NCBI GenBank assembly: GCA_965287045.1
Contig: OZ336879.1
Location: forward strand, 40,362,001-40,426,000
Direction: 5' to 3'
Origin: Carcharhinus amblyrhynchos
Taxonomy: Eukaryota
DNA: 64,000 bases
Part shown: in pieces, positions 24,913-37,739 of the stretch
How the letters are laid out: each line of letters starts with the position of its first letter
Numbering within the stretch: the stretch's first letter is position 1
The notes under the pieces: generated by a model
What the model was told of the DNA's origin: nothing
What the model saw: the letters and a program-made list of their open reading frames with translations, nothing else
Databases searched by the model: none
Made by a program: the position numbers and the translations under genes

Positions 24913-27409
24913 AGGCATCATTGTGGTGAATTGCAGAGAAATAGGGATGAGGGGAAACAGGAGTCAAGACTGTTTGCAAGTTCCAAACCTTCCCTCAGAA
25001 AGGGACAAGTGTCTCTTCGGGATATTCATGGATAGCCCCCTTTAATTGGCAAGGGACAGGTTGCCTGTCCAATTAAGGGCTGCAACAGACTCAAGCTGGA
25101 GGGCCAATCAGAGGCTTTCCAACTTGGAGGCTGCAGTAGGGGGTGAATAACAGAGAGGGCATTTCAACATGATGGCAGCCTCACACCAAATAGTTCAAAA
25201 CTTTAAATTAAAAAATAGATTCCACAGCCAAGCCACCACTGTGGCTGGGGGGAGCTGCTACTCATTACCCATCTTTGGGCAGTTAAATAGCCTCCGGTCA
25301 GATTGAGAAACTGGCAGTTGAGCGGCAAACTCTATCAGCCTCCTTTATCTGGGGTTAACAAGGCAGTCAATCTGTTCAGATCTCCAACATCTTCAGCATT
25401 TTGCTTTCCGATCATGAAATTCAGGTTGTGATCCTCCTTTTCCTTCAAGTCCTGTGCCTTGGTGTGGGATCCTTTGTATGGTTTGCTTCAGTTAAAAGGC
25501 TTCATTTGAAGGTATTTCTGCCTGTGTAACTAATCACGCTAAGCTTTAAAGCCAACTTGACCATATTTTAAAACTCAGCTGGGAATTCTGGGATGAGCTT
25601 AGAAATTGACTACATTCTTTCAAAATACAATGTTAGCAGAAATGATGCTAAACTAAGTTTTTCACAGCCACACAGCTGCTAATTGTTCATATAAGCAGAG
25701 ATTATGTGTGCCCAGCTCTTTCAATAACACAGATAAGGATTCGTATGTTGTAGCACCAATTATCTGTTCAGTTGGGTTCTGTTCAGTCCTGTGCATGGTC
25801 TGACTTCAAGTCTGTACAAGGCCTAACCATGAAACCAGTCCCCAACTTTTCTCTCTCCCTTTTCATCACTAATGTTTATTGTTAAGTTTTATTCAATAAA
25901 GAAAATCATTTTTAAATCGAACCAAGTGCTGCCTATATCTATTACAAAAGAATGAATAGACCCTACACTTGGCAACCATGGATGCCTATTGGACTGGTCC
26001 ATAATTATTCTTGGCAAAGCGCCCTGGCTGACCAGAAAACACTCCAACTCTTACCACCTGGGTTAGGTATATTGGGAGGATTTAAAGGCTGATAGTCAAT
26101 CAGGTTGTGATAGCATTTGAATAATTATTCTCTAACTAATATTTTTAAATTGTTTCTGTATTTCTAGCCACAGTGCACACTATTCTGCATCACAAAAGTA
26201 AATAAGAGACTAGCCTTCAGGACATTCCTGATGCCATATGTAAGCAATCAAGCATAGGTGGGCTGGAGAACCCTGGGAATACTGGAAATCCAATATCTCA
26301 GTTTGACAGTGAAGATGCATCTAGCACCATGTGGCATTTAAACATTGCAAGCAAGATTAGTAACCTATTATAAAAAAAGAATAAAAGATTAAACTTGCCT
26401 TTCATTCAGGAATGTATTTCCATGACACAGCAAGTTTCTGTTCAATTTTTCCAAGATGCAATTTCCTGCTTTGGTGCAATTATTAACGATATTTTACTGC
26501 CAGATCACAATGCCATTGTAGCTAAAAACATTCATTGAAATATCTATAATGTATTAAAACTCTTACAGAGGTCATGAACTCCATTGAAAATTGTAAAGTA
26601 GGCATTTCTTGCAGCAATTTCAATGTAAAAATGTCCACACATCCTTGCTGCACTTACCTGTGATGTGTCCTTATAACCCCTGCAGGTTACCTCATGTGAT
26701 TTGCAATGTTAATCACATAACTTACCTTCATGTGTTTTGCACCTTGCTGCCATTTTGTCTTACTGCCAAAATCATTCAGCGTACTTTCTTAACACTTCAT
26801 TGCCACTTTTTTCTCAATAACTGACATTTGTAATGTCTAAAATAAACTCTAAAAATACTCACAAATATATATTCACAATAACAAGATTAGATTTATCCAC
26901 CTTTAACACATTCATTTTAGTTTTACCTCAAGCCTTTTCTGGAGAAGAAAGAATTGGAAGAAGAGAGGCAGGGAAGGAAACGGTAACATGAAGACAATAT
27001 AGGAAGTCACAGCAAGACAACATTCTCTGACTTAAAGTATGTATTTGCACAGGAGAGCTATGGTCAACTCAAATAGAGCAGTAACAGAGTAGGCCCAAGA
27101 CCAGAAATGAGAGCTGAATGAGACTAGAGAAGATAAACAGAAAGGGAATTGGGAGCAAAAAAGACCAGTTTCAAGGGGGAAAAAAATTGAAGCATGAGAT
27201 TACCAAAAATCAGGGAATTGATTGGTTTAACTTGGGCATTGATTTAAACTAAGAGCCAGGAAATTAAAATGTTCAATCAGGGCATAAATATAACAGTAAG
27301 AGAATTAATAATGTGAGTGTCAGCAAGGACTAAGTCTAGAGACATCAGTTAAAAATAATAGTTTAACGTGGTACTAACTGGATTCTAAAAGAGGGAATAG
27401 AGATTTTCT

Positions 27410-27760
27410 TCAGATCATTGATGGGCAGCTGTGACCTGCTCACAATTCTTCAGTCATTGGGAAATTCAGGACACTGTATCCTGAAGAATGTGGAGGACTA
27501 TATGTAGGGAAAGTGCCTCCAGTTGTTTGAGCTCAAGCTCAGAATTTCCAAGCTCAAGGGTCAGCTGAAATCACAGTAGAACATCAGGAAGGATGAGTGT
27601 TTCCTGGGTTGTACATTTCAGGAGGATGTCAACGCCACAAGCTGAAGTGTTTAGGATGATTTATGGGTAACCATCCGGAACAGTAGGAAGACTGGGAGCT
27701 TTCAGGATGTGTGTCATTCTCAAATCCAGTCTCAATACCGGGAGATTATTGAGAATGATG
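27410..27760 (+). mobile_element. CR1 ORF1 remnant
   Basis: Encodes a CR1 ORF1-like stretch, KCLQLFELKLRISKLKGQLKSQ*NIRKDECFLGCTFQE. Confidence 0.6.
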
Positions 27761-27841
27761 ACACACTAAAGAATTACTATCCAGGCTATGGCAGTGTTGA
27801 ACAGCAGAATGTAACTTTACAGTCATTATAGGAGGTTAAAT

Positions 27842-29320
27842 GGCCTGAATTTCACACTTGTTGGGTGTGTGATATTGGTGGTCCCAGACATGGATGTAGA
27901 ATCCACTCCTGGATGAGATTGCATTGTCAACATGATTTCATGGTCAGTGATCAAGTAAGGCCCACTGAATGTGTAACCTGTTCACTGGACACCAGAAGAA
28001 GTAGTGTGGTCGGTAGGAGCTGGCTGGGCACCAGATCCAATGGGGACCCAGCGGGCACATAATGTGATGCACTGAACATGGGCATAGTGTTGATAAACAT
28101 TCAATAATCTGCGTTGTACAAAGGTGAGTACAGAGATGGCATGGAACAATGTGGAGAAATGTACTTGGGTGGCCATTCCTCATCATCTTTAGAGGTGTAA
28201 GATTGTGTGTGCCAACTTGCACTGAAGTCTGCATCGGCAAGGCTGGGAAGTATGCTCACTTGGCCTGAGTGCGTTGAGTGGCGAGGTGTGCCATTCTGCT
28301 GTGCCCTGCAACTTGGCTCACCTGGTCCAGGCTGGCATGGTGCTGCAGGGAGAGGGAGCACTACTGATGAAATCTATTTTTCTCTTTCATTAGAAGAGAA
28401 GACTTAATGAGCGACGGAGAGCCAATACCCTGGTATCCACTCTCTGTGAGATGGATGCCCTAGAGCTGGAATGCCACCACGGAGCTCATTCCACCAAAAC
28501 TGTTGAGGCAGGGGCCTTGAGAAAGATAAACATGCAATGTGAAATGTATGAGTGATGGGGAGAGTAAAGTTGTAGCATCTTCACAGCAGAAATGGAGATG
28601 TCAAAGCACTAGTGCCCATTGATCCCTCAATCAAGATGGCACATAATGTGGTTCTCCATTGTTTTATCAGCCTGCCTAACACACACATTGACTGTGGAAT
28701 GATTCAATTTGCTGACATGTTCGCTTCCTCCTGCAGATGCTTCATCTATAGGAGACTGCCAGGCCCTCCGGGAACACCCTTCAGCCTCAGAAGAGGAGAC
28801 ACTCATGCTTGCTACCCCATCACACCCTGTCTCTGAACCAGACACCAGTGCAGAGACTAGCACATTGGTGAGCTTAAGTTCATCGGACCCCCTGGTGGTT
28901 CACAGTGGGGAGGGACAGCACACTTGCATGAGGAGCTGGTGGAGACAGAGAGTGCCCCAGACACCAGCCATCAAAGGGCTGCTGGAGACCAGGAACATGT
29001 TGAGTCTGAGAGATGATGAGGCTCTGATGTCATCAACCAGACAACAAATGCTGGATGCCCGATGGGAAGCATGGGGAAATCTGGCAGAAGCCCTGCGGGT
29101 GTGCTTACCATGGTCACTGTCATGGAGGAGTCCATGTGGAGCATGAGCACCAAACACATGGCATCCTCCGTTGAGAGAGTAGTGACTCTCATAAAGAAAC
29201 AGCACCAGGAACTCAATCCGGGGTTCCTGGGGTCGTGCTCAAACTTGCAAGGCCGTACACTGGCAATGACCTCGGGATGTCACTGCCAGTGCGAGAGATG
29301 GATGACTCAACACTGGGGTT
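27842..29320 (+). mobile_element. Harbinger-derived element carrying decayed Myb/SANT-gene exons
   Basis: TIR-like start GGCCTGAATTTCAC and acceptor-like sites at about 28393 and 28737. The acidic/Ser-rich peptide SEEET..PDTSAETSTLV and MEESMWSMS..MASSVERVVTLI resemble C-termini of shark Harbinger Myb ORFs. Confidence 0.5.
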
Positions 29321-29324
29321 AAAG

Positions 29325-30270
29325 GCTAGTTTTCTTTCATAGTTTAACTTCATTCTTTTAATTACTTTTTAGTGGCCCTTTGTTGATCTCTGGCCATTGC
29401 AATATGGCATGCTTAGTTTTTTGTATTAATGTTATCCTTAACTTCCTTGCTTAGCAATGGAAGTCTTTCCTTCTCTTACCACCTTTCCTCCTCTGTAGAA
29501 TATATTTTATTTGTGAGGTGTTGAATATCTCCTTAAGTATCTGCCACTGTTCATCAACTATCCTATCCTTCCAAGTCCACTGGGGCCAAATCTATCCTGA
29601 TGCCAACGTAATTTCATTTGTTTAAACCCAGAATGCTAATGTGGGACTCCAGTTTCTCACCCTGAAACTGAGTTTGAAATTCTTGCATGCTATGATTACT
29701 CTCCCCTAGAGGATCCTTAATTACGACATCATTTATTTGCCATATTACAAAATATCAAATCTAGATTGGCCTACTATCTGGTTGGTTCAATAGATGTTGC
29801 TCCAAAAAACAATCTCTAACACATTCAGTGGACAATGAGGTTTCTGATAGACAAGGGAATTAAGGGTTATGGGGAGAAAGCAGGAAAGTGGAACTGAACC
29901 ACTTCAGATCAGCCATGATCTTGTTGAATGGCAGGGCAAGCTCGAAGGGCTAGATGGCCTACTCCTGCTCCTATTTCTAATGTTTTTATGTAACTCTCTC
30001 AAGGCTACCTTGCCAATTCGATTATTCTAGCCAATCTACCTGCTAAAATCATCCATGATTATTGCCATACTTTTCTTACAAGCCCTCAGTATTTCTTTGT
30101 TCATACTGTATGCTATTCCAGCACTACTGTTTGGGGACCTATGGACAATCCCCACCAGATAATTCTTTCCCTTGCAATTTTGTATTTCTACCCACACTGA
30201 TTCAACGTTTTGGACTCTAATGCCTATACCATTTCTCACTACAGCATTGATCTCTTCCTTAACTAACATT
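29325..30270 (-). mobile_element. CR1 LINE endonuclease-region fragment, with a nested plus-strand CR1 3' tail (about 29836-29992)
   Basis: Peptide VESVWVEIQNCKGKNYLVGIVHRSPNS...AIIMDDF. Nested tail gatcagccatgatcttgttgaatggc...gatggcctactcctgctcctatttct. Confidence 0.85.
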
Positions 30271-30854
30271 TCAAATAATCTCTACTGCCATAGAGATAAG
30301 TAATTCAGGGTGGAGCTCTGGATGAAATTCTGGGAAGCCGTCTGTGGGTTTTTTCTAGGAGGTCTTTGGGGTTGCAGCTGACGTTGATGGTATAGGTTCT
30401 GAGTTCAGCAAGCAGAGGAGAAAGGGCCTGCTAAGAGCTGTAAAGCAGCTGTGTATCAAAATCAAAAGAAATTAAGGACATTTCTGAGGTAGCGGCACTA
30501 AGCTAGTATGCAGTAATCTCACACTTGAGCTAAGAAGTCCACAGTCATGAGATGCTTAAAAAAAATGTTGGCAGATTGTGTATCCAAAGGCTAATGGAAG
30601 GATCCCTGGGAAATGTCATATTTCAGAGAATAGCTCGACACTGAGGAGAAATTGAAGTCAGTTCCTTCAAGCTGTGACACTTTGGTTTTTTCCTAGAAAA
30701 AGACCATCAACAACCTAATAAGCAGTCAAATACTTGTTGGAGGGAAGTCTTATGGAAAAAGAAGAGATTCATTTGAAAAGTTTAATCCAACGTTGATGTG
30801 AATGTATTTTAACATACCTTTTGGTGTAAAGTATAAGCATTCATGTACAACATT

Positions 30855-30968
30855 GGCTGGGATTTTCTGGTTTCATCCACCACTGAGATCTCCAAGTCTT
30901 TACAAAAGTCAATGGACTTTTGGCTGGCCGACACAGCAGCAGCCACCATGGGCCAGAAATTCCCAGTC
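30855..30968. mobile_element. 114-bp MITE inside an LTR-like block (about 30300-31095)
   Basis: TIRs GGCTGGGATTTTCTGG / CCAGAAATTCCCAGTC and hairpin core AAAAGTC-AATG-GACTTTT. Confidence 0.8.
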
Positions 30969-31235
30969 AGTGTTTATTTGTTTCTTTATAGTGCTTATTT
31001 CAAACCATAGAAACGTGTGGCATTTTTCTTTCAGTTAATCACTGAGTGTTTGAATTTTTCTTTAAGTGTTAACCATCTCCATGGGGGCCACAACAGTGTC
31101 CTTGTGAGAATGTGTTGTTAGGGGAGGGGTTAACATCAATTATTAGGGAGTGGACACCATTATATGGAAGTAGAAAAGAGGAATAAGATGCAATGCGGAG
31201 TGAGGGTTAAATTGTACTAGAGAAGAAAGCTGCCT

Positions 31236-31615
31236 TCTTAGGCAGTCCCATAGGATGGAGGATGACTTGCTTTGATAGCATCTGAAACGCCTGCTAAATC
31301 CAAAGCACAATTTGCAGATTCCACCATCTACAGGTCAGGTGCTGCTTGAAGAGTCTTGAAGGTTTTGATATTTGTGCACTCCCTCGAATGCTTCAACTTC
31401 GCCCTTGTGTGTTCCCAGTGAGGTCTGTCACTTTGTTTGGTGTCTTCCTGACTGAACCTTCTCCATTCTAGTCAGTCACAGGTCAGGGAGTAGGTGGGGA
31501 TTTTTGACCTCTTCAGGAATGCTTTGAGGACATCCCGAAAGCATTTCCGCAATCCCCCTGAAGTCTCCAGCCGTGGTCAAGTTCATCAGCTGTTTCAGGA
31601 GGCTGGTATCCAGCA
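31236..31615. mobile_element. Probable RTE-type LINE terminal fragment
   Basis: cttaggcagtccc..ggatggaggatgacttgctt resembles a recalled shark RTE-family terminal motif. No ORF support. Confidence 0.4.
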
Positions 31616-31629
31616 TAAATTCTACTGGT

Positions 31630-32085
31630 GAGATTTTCCCAGGAAAAAAAAACCTCAAAACTGGGCAGGATATGTGAGATTTTCCCGCCCACTTTTTGGG
31701 CGAGCTTAATTGAATGAATTTACGGCACTGTGTGCAATACAGAATCCATCAGGAGATTTATGCCAGCAGGAATGGAGGGGGGAACTTCCGAGAGGCTAGT
31801 ATCAGAGTGCTGATGGAGCCAATGCACATACACTGAATCTCCCAGTGCGCGGAGAGATCAGTTGACATTTGCCTCCCTCCTCCAACATTGCCAATCCCTT
31901 CATTGCCAGCCTCCCCCCTGATTGCCAGCTCCAAACCCCCCCACCCCCCCGACTGCCGGGCCTAACTTGGCTCACCCAGCACCAGCCTCCTGATCACCAA
32001 CGATAAGAATGGAGCGGGTCAGGCCCGGTGATCAGAGGGGTTGGGGTGCGGGGGGTTGGGGTGGGGGTATCAGGGCCAGCAAGAA
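31630..32085. mobile_element. Truncated GC-rich MITE
   Basis: GAGATTTTCCCAG start. Similar to the left end of the 4353-5539 family, with C-rich ttgccagcc repeats. Confidence 0.55.
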
Positions 32086-32779
32086 GTTATACAAATTAGG
32101 AGAAAAGTAAAATTAAGGTTAAAAATAAAAAAGAGAATATGCAGATGACAGAGGGTAGGGGCAATAAAGTGTCAATCTTTTTTATTTCATGAAAGTTTTG
32201 TTCCAGATATCCATTTTGTTATTTAACACTTCAGTGCCACTGACATTTTTAAATTAATTCTCAGCCACTTCTGTCTATGCAGTGAAGCGATATCTATATC
32301 ACTGATAGGCAAAGAATTGGAGGATTTTGACCCAGCCAGCACACTAACTGTGTAAAATTAACATGAAGCAACATTATTACACATGCCCCCGTTCTGGTCT
32401 CAATCTTTATCTCACAATAATGTAATTGTCTGAAACAGAGTTAGTAAGTTCCCCAAAAAGTCATCATTATTCATTTAAAACAGAAATAATAATGGATACA
32501 AAATAGGAAAGTGTGGAAGAACATTAAAATTAAGTGATTTAAAAAAAATAGTATGACTAGTCTGAAATTCACTCTCCCAAATGCTTGTAAAATATTGGGT
32601 CTGTTGAAGCTCTCAGAACCAAGATTGATGGGCTTCTGTTCAATAAGCAAACTCGAGGCTGAGTGGCTTATCCTTCTTACTATGTTCAGACCAGGATTGG
32701 TAAGGGTTTAGCTGCAGTGCATTTTTCCTCGTTTAGTGTTCGCACTGAAACCATTAAAGATATATCCATTCCCACACAG

Positions 32780-33003
32780 AAGAACGTAAGAACTCGGAAC
32801 AGGAGTCGGCCATCTGGTCCCTTGAGCCTGATCTGCCATTCAATGAGATCATGGCTGATCTCTTCGTGGACTCAGCTCCACCTACCTGCCCGCTCACCAT
32901 AACCCTTAATTCCTTTACTGTTCAAAAGCTTATCTATCCTTGCCTTAAAAATATTCAATAAGATAACCTAAACTGCTTCACTGGGCAGGGAATTCCACAG
33001 ATT
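32780..33003 (-). mobile_element. CR1 LINE 3' tail
   Basis: agaacgtaagaact.ggaacaggagt.ggccat...cattcaatgagatcatggctgatct...gaattccacagatt. Confidence 0.9.
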
Positions 33004-33819
33004 ACCTCTCGCTCTAATATTTTACTTACAAAAATCATTACTGATTTTCATTGGTAAATGCCCAGAGCTATTCTTTGGATATTGGATGGTGGATGGGGGT
33101 GCACAGTGAGTTAGTATAAACTCTAATTTCCTCCCAAAGTTCAGGAAAAGAATCGATAAAATTCCCCATTGCCTTCTGACTGAAACTCAGGTCTGCCAAT
33201 GTGTGACTTTCACATCTATGACAGCAGTATGCAAAAATGATGCTGTTCACACTATGCTAACATCATTACTGTAGTATCTGGACATCTCTGGACCTAATTC
33301 ATGACCTGGGCATTGTCTAAATTGGATTCCCTTGAAGGGATTTCAAAAGCAAACATCAGTCATTCCTTCTTAATTAAGGAGCAACAACAGCAGTGCACTG
33401 CCAAAGTTACAACACAATAGTCTCCTGAAGATTGAGGTTATCAATCAAAGTGTGACTCAGATCACACACTAAGGCATTATTAAATAAAGACAAACGTGAA
33501 ATTTTTCCCTTGTACGTAATCACCATGTTTTCTTTGTGAGTGCACCATCAAATAACACTGGGAGCGCACTCCAACTACTTAGGCTTCCCTTAGGAAAATG
33601 ACCAGAAGTAGCAAGGAAACTCTCACCTTAAGGTTTGAATGGAAAGAATAATTTTGTTTAACTAGCAATAAAGACTAAGTTGTGTATTTAGAGCTCAGAA
33701 TGAGTTGTAGAGGGATCTATAAAGTGCCCTGCAAAGCCCACCACATCCTTTTCTTTTGTCGTATTATGCAAAATGGAATTCATGTCAGAATTTAGGTTCA
33801 GATTACTTCTGGTTTCTAC

Positions 33820-34791
33820 GGGCCTGATTTTACCATTAAAATGGGTGTGAAAACCTGGTAAAGTTGGGTGTAAGGTGATTGGCATGATCTGTGCCCACTT
33901 CAGCGCAGATGCCCACTTTACCAAGGCCCAAAAATGGCCGCAATCCAAACTGCGCCTGAGACGGGAGTGACGTCAATTTAAATGCCTAATCTTACCTACA
34001 TTTCCTCCTTTACCACCGTGTTCGCTCGTCCAGATTCAGCTCGAAACAGATCTGCTCGGCAAAGGTCAATTTCGGGCACTCCAGCTCCTGAAGAGGTAGG
34101 TTCAGCACTTCCAACGGCTCTCTGACTCAGATCGGTGCTGGGGGAGAGGAGGGGGGGCAGGTCAGATCATTCTCTGATTGGGGGGGAGGGGGGAGGAGGC
34201 AGGCCAGGTGTACCTGTGGTAGGGGGTATGTTGGAGACCCGGTCATTCCCTGGTGTGGGGGGGGGCTGGGGGGGAGGGGGGAGACCAGAAGGTTCTCTGG
34301 TGGGGGGAGGAGAAGGGAGGCCCAATCATTCTCTAATGAGGGGGAGGAGGCAACCAAATGGTTCTCTAGTGGGTGGGGGCGGGGAGGCCAGATGGTTCTG
34401 GTGGGGAGTAAGGGGGGGAGGGGCAGAGGGGGCCTGCTGCCACTCTGAGGGTGATTGGTGGGGGGGTAAATGGGGCAGGGCATCGCGATTGGCCTGGGTA
34501 GTGAGGGGTGGGTGGATAAGGGGGACAGTCATGTCTGTGGGGGGGGGGGCCTTCACTCCCCCGCGCTTTATCTGCTTTTTGCAACCCAGGAGCGATGTGA
34601 CAGGCACAGTTCAGAGCTCCAATCAGCCTGCAGCGTTTCAAGCATGATAAGCCCCACCCACAGCGTGATTCAGACTTGCGACTTTTCTTTCAGGCCAAGT
34701 GCGTATGGAGGCGCGTGAGAGCAGGTTTCCAAGTCGGATCTGAATTGGACCCAGGTTCAGCGCTTAGAATCAAAATGGTAAAATCGCCCCC
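33820..34791. mobile_element. About 970-bp MITE with a G-rich internal repeat array
   Basis: 18-bp TIRs GGGCCTGATTTTACCATT / AATGGTAAAATCGCCCCC. Internal repeats of (g/a)ttctct.gtgggggg at 34135-34550. Confidence 0.85.
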
Positions 34792-34977
34792 ATAATGAAC
34801 ATATTGAAAATATTTCATATCTTTCAGCCACTGACGTACGCACTCATGAATTCCCCTTTCTAAAATCTCCACTTACCCACATCCCTACAACCAAGCTTTG
34901 GGTCACCCCTTCTTTCGGCTTGACTCTTCCTTTCTTTCGTCACATGTTTCTTCACACGTTTTCAAGAAGTTTCTTGA

Positions 34978-35342
34978 CTCCTGAGTCAGAGCATTTGGCA
35001 TTCAAGTCATACTCCATCAACTGAAACATATTATAGGTTAACGGCAGTGCAGTACCAAAGAAAAAGTCATCTTTCCGATGAGATGATTGCTCTTTTGCCC
35101 CTCAGCATCATTTCAGAGAAGAGCAGAGAAGTTTTCCTCGGTGTCCTAGCCAATAGTCACCCCTTAACTAATGCTTAACAAGAGATTATCTGGTTATTAG
35201 CTGGTTGTGGGAGTTTGTTGCGCACAATCTGGCTGCCCTGTCTCCTACATCACAACATGATTACACTTCATTGGCTGTAAATCACAATGGCACATCCTGA
35301 GGTCACATGAGAGATGCAATATGAATTCAAGTTCTTTCTTTT
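34978..35342 (+). mobile_element. DeuSINE (SacSINE1-like), near full length, old
   Basis: ctgagtcaga..ttcaagtc head; tctttccgatgaga; gaagagcag.gaagtt.tcctcggtgtcctagccaata; gattatctggttatta; cttcattggctgtaaa...caagttctttcttt tail. Confidence 0.8.
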
Positions 35343-35430
35343 CTATAAATGCAAGTTCTTGTTTGTCTACTGAAACAATCATCATTATCAGTTATCTGCA
35401 CAAAGGTAGAATCTTGCCAAACATTTAACT

Positions 35431-36042
35431 ATAGAACGATAGAACCCCTACAGAAGGAGCCATTTGGCCCATTGGGTCTGTATCAACTCAGCATCTTACC
35501 CAGACTCTCCTCTCCACCTATCTCTGTAACCCTGTACATTTACCATAGCTAATCCATTTAACATACACATCTTGAGACACTAAGAGCAATTTAGCATGGC
35601 CAATCCACCTAACTTGCACATCTTTGGACTCTGGGAGGAATGATGTAGAGATGCCGGCGTTGGACTGGGGTAATCACAGTAAGAAGTCGCACAACACCAG
35701 GTTAAAGCCCAACCAGTTTATTTGATAGTAATCCCAACTATCCCACTAATGATCAGTATTCTGTAACTGTGTGTGACTTTGTATGCCCTTCTCTGAGCAG
35801 AACCTTCCACACACTTGACGAAGGAACAGTGTTTCCAAAAGCTTGTAGGATTACTATCAAATAAACTGGTTGAACTTTAATTTGGTGTTGTGAAACTTCT
35901 TACTCTGGGAGGAAACCAGAGCATATGGAAAAACCCACATAGACATAGGGAGAATGTGCAAATTCCATAGTCACCCAAGGCTGGAATCGAACCCAGGTCC
36001 TTCATGCTGTAAGGCAGCAGGCAGCATTGTTCTATTGTGCGA
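35431..36042 (-). mobile_element. HE1-type V-SINE interrupted by a Penelope-derived insertion
   Basis: caatttagcatggccaatccacctaac.tgcacatctttggact.tgggaggaaaccagagca...gggagaatgtgcaaa...ggaatcgaacccaggtcc...gctgt.aggcagcag, with an (ATAGA)-type tail. Confidence 0.9.
35641..35904. mobile_element. Penelope-like element terminal fragment with a 57-bp inverted repeat and degenerate hammerhead core
   Basis: Arms 35678-35734 and 35848-35904 are inverted. TTGACGA-aggaacagtgtttcc-AAAA relic. Flanked by a duplicated CTGGGAGGAA. Confidence 0.8.
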
Positions 36043-37040
36043 CTCCAATCAACTCACTGCTCTTTACTATTGGTGATCTATCTCACCTGGAACAGGGATC
36101 AATCGTGTGCTGTTGGAATTAATTTGGACTATACCCCAACCATCTAGCCAACTGAACTAACCCAATCGAACAATAGCTGTGTTTTAAAAAATAGTTTTTA
36201 CTATCTCACTGCAAAAGTGATCATAGAGGTCTTCGCCTATGATGTCACTAATACAAAGCAGCCAGAGGAATTTGTCCCCTACAATATTTGTTTAACATTC
36301 TGGTTTTGGAGATTAACCTTCTCACTGGATATCACACTACAACTTCTGAATGACTACAGTTGTGTATAATTTATTGAAAGTTAAATCAACAATTTGTTTT
36401 CATCAAATAAATTTTTCATAGATTAATTTAGCAATCTTTAAATGGAGAAATAGAATAGCGTCATTTGTCTTGATGGTTACCCCATATACTTTGATTCAGG
36501 AACCTTTTGAAATGATATATTGGATAGCACACTGTTGGAGCAAATGCCATGCATATAAAATGACTAATATAAATGTATTGACAGTTAATTTAGTTGTATA
36601 ATGATTTGTTTTCTCCTTTCCAGAGCTATGAAAACCAAGCTAAACAGAAAATCTCTTTCAATTTTAACGACTTCCACTTGCTTGGATAAGATGGATGAAT
36701 TCATTAACGTGTACAATATGGAAGGAATCATTTTGATGGGGGAAAGTTGCTGAATCTGCTGATGGCTTTCATAATTTCAAAACAAAGCACACACCTCTAG
36801 CAAAAGGACGACATGGGCACAAGGGTCCTCTATCTGCAGGGATTCAACATGTGATGAAAATGTTTGTGGGCACATCGTTGCATATCTTCATGTGTTTCTT
36901 ATATGCAAACATGTGGAAAACGGTAGCATCATCTTGGGTTTACTGTAAAGCGATTGGGGAAACTATAGCCCCACAGTGTATAGAGAATAAAAAAGGGTTT
37001 TTGGAATTGAGCTGTGGTACCTGATGCGGTACCTGAAGGG

Positions 37041-37378
37041 TTACGGTGGTACACTGCTATTGTCACCGGACTAGTAATCTAATCTGGGTTTGAATCCCAT
37101 TATGGCAGATGGTGAAATTTGTATTCAATAAAAATCTGGAATTTAAAATCCAATGATGACCAGGAAAGTATTGTTGTCATCAAAAACCCGTCTGATTCAC
37201 TAATGTCCTTTAGAGAATGAAATCTGCTGTCCTGGTCTGGCCTACCTGTGACTCCAGATCCACAGCAATGTGGTTGACTCTGAAGCAGCCTAGCAAGCCA
37301 CACAGCTCAAGTACAATTAGGGATGGGTAATAAATACTGGATCAGACAGCGATGTCCACATCCAATGAATGAATTGAA
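37041..37378 (+). mobile_element. tRNA-head SINE sharing its 3' tail with the CR1/L2-group LINE
   Basis: B-box-like gggtttgaatccca; body gatgacca...tcactaatgtccttta...ccacagcaatgtggttgactct; tail caattagggatggg.aataaat...atgaatgaat. Confidence 0.85.
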
Positions 37379-37739
37379 AGAACAAACATGAGCAAGTGTG
37401 GCTGACATAGACCTGCGGAACACTATTTCCCCTTTGCTGTTTAAAGATCAAGCTGCTGGAAGAGGTGGGCACAGGAGGAGGACTCACAGCAATCCGTATC
37501 CACCCAAAATCTTCAGGGAGCAATTCTCCAACCTGAATCTCAGCAAGGAACAATTTATCAGGTGTATTCACTTCACCAAGATGATTCTCACTAAAACTTG
37601 TTATTTTATTCATTCGTGGGACATGGGCATCGCTGGCCAGACCAGCATTTATTGCCCATCCCTTGCTGCCCTTCAGAAGTTGGTGGTGAGCTCCTTTCTT
37701 GAAACACTGCAGTCCATGTGCTGCAGCTTTAGATGCAGC

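Noticed and set aside
34135-34647. 170-aa Gly-rich ORF
   Set aside because: Translation of the G-rich repeat array in a MITE.
36624-36753. Strong splice acceptor (ttttctcctttccag) followed by short open frames
   Set aside because: The frames end in stops without a recognisable peptide, and no matching donor or partner exon was found.
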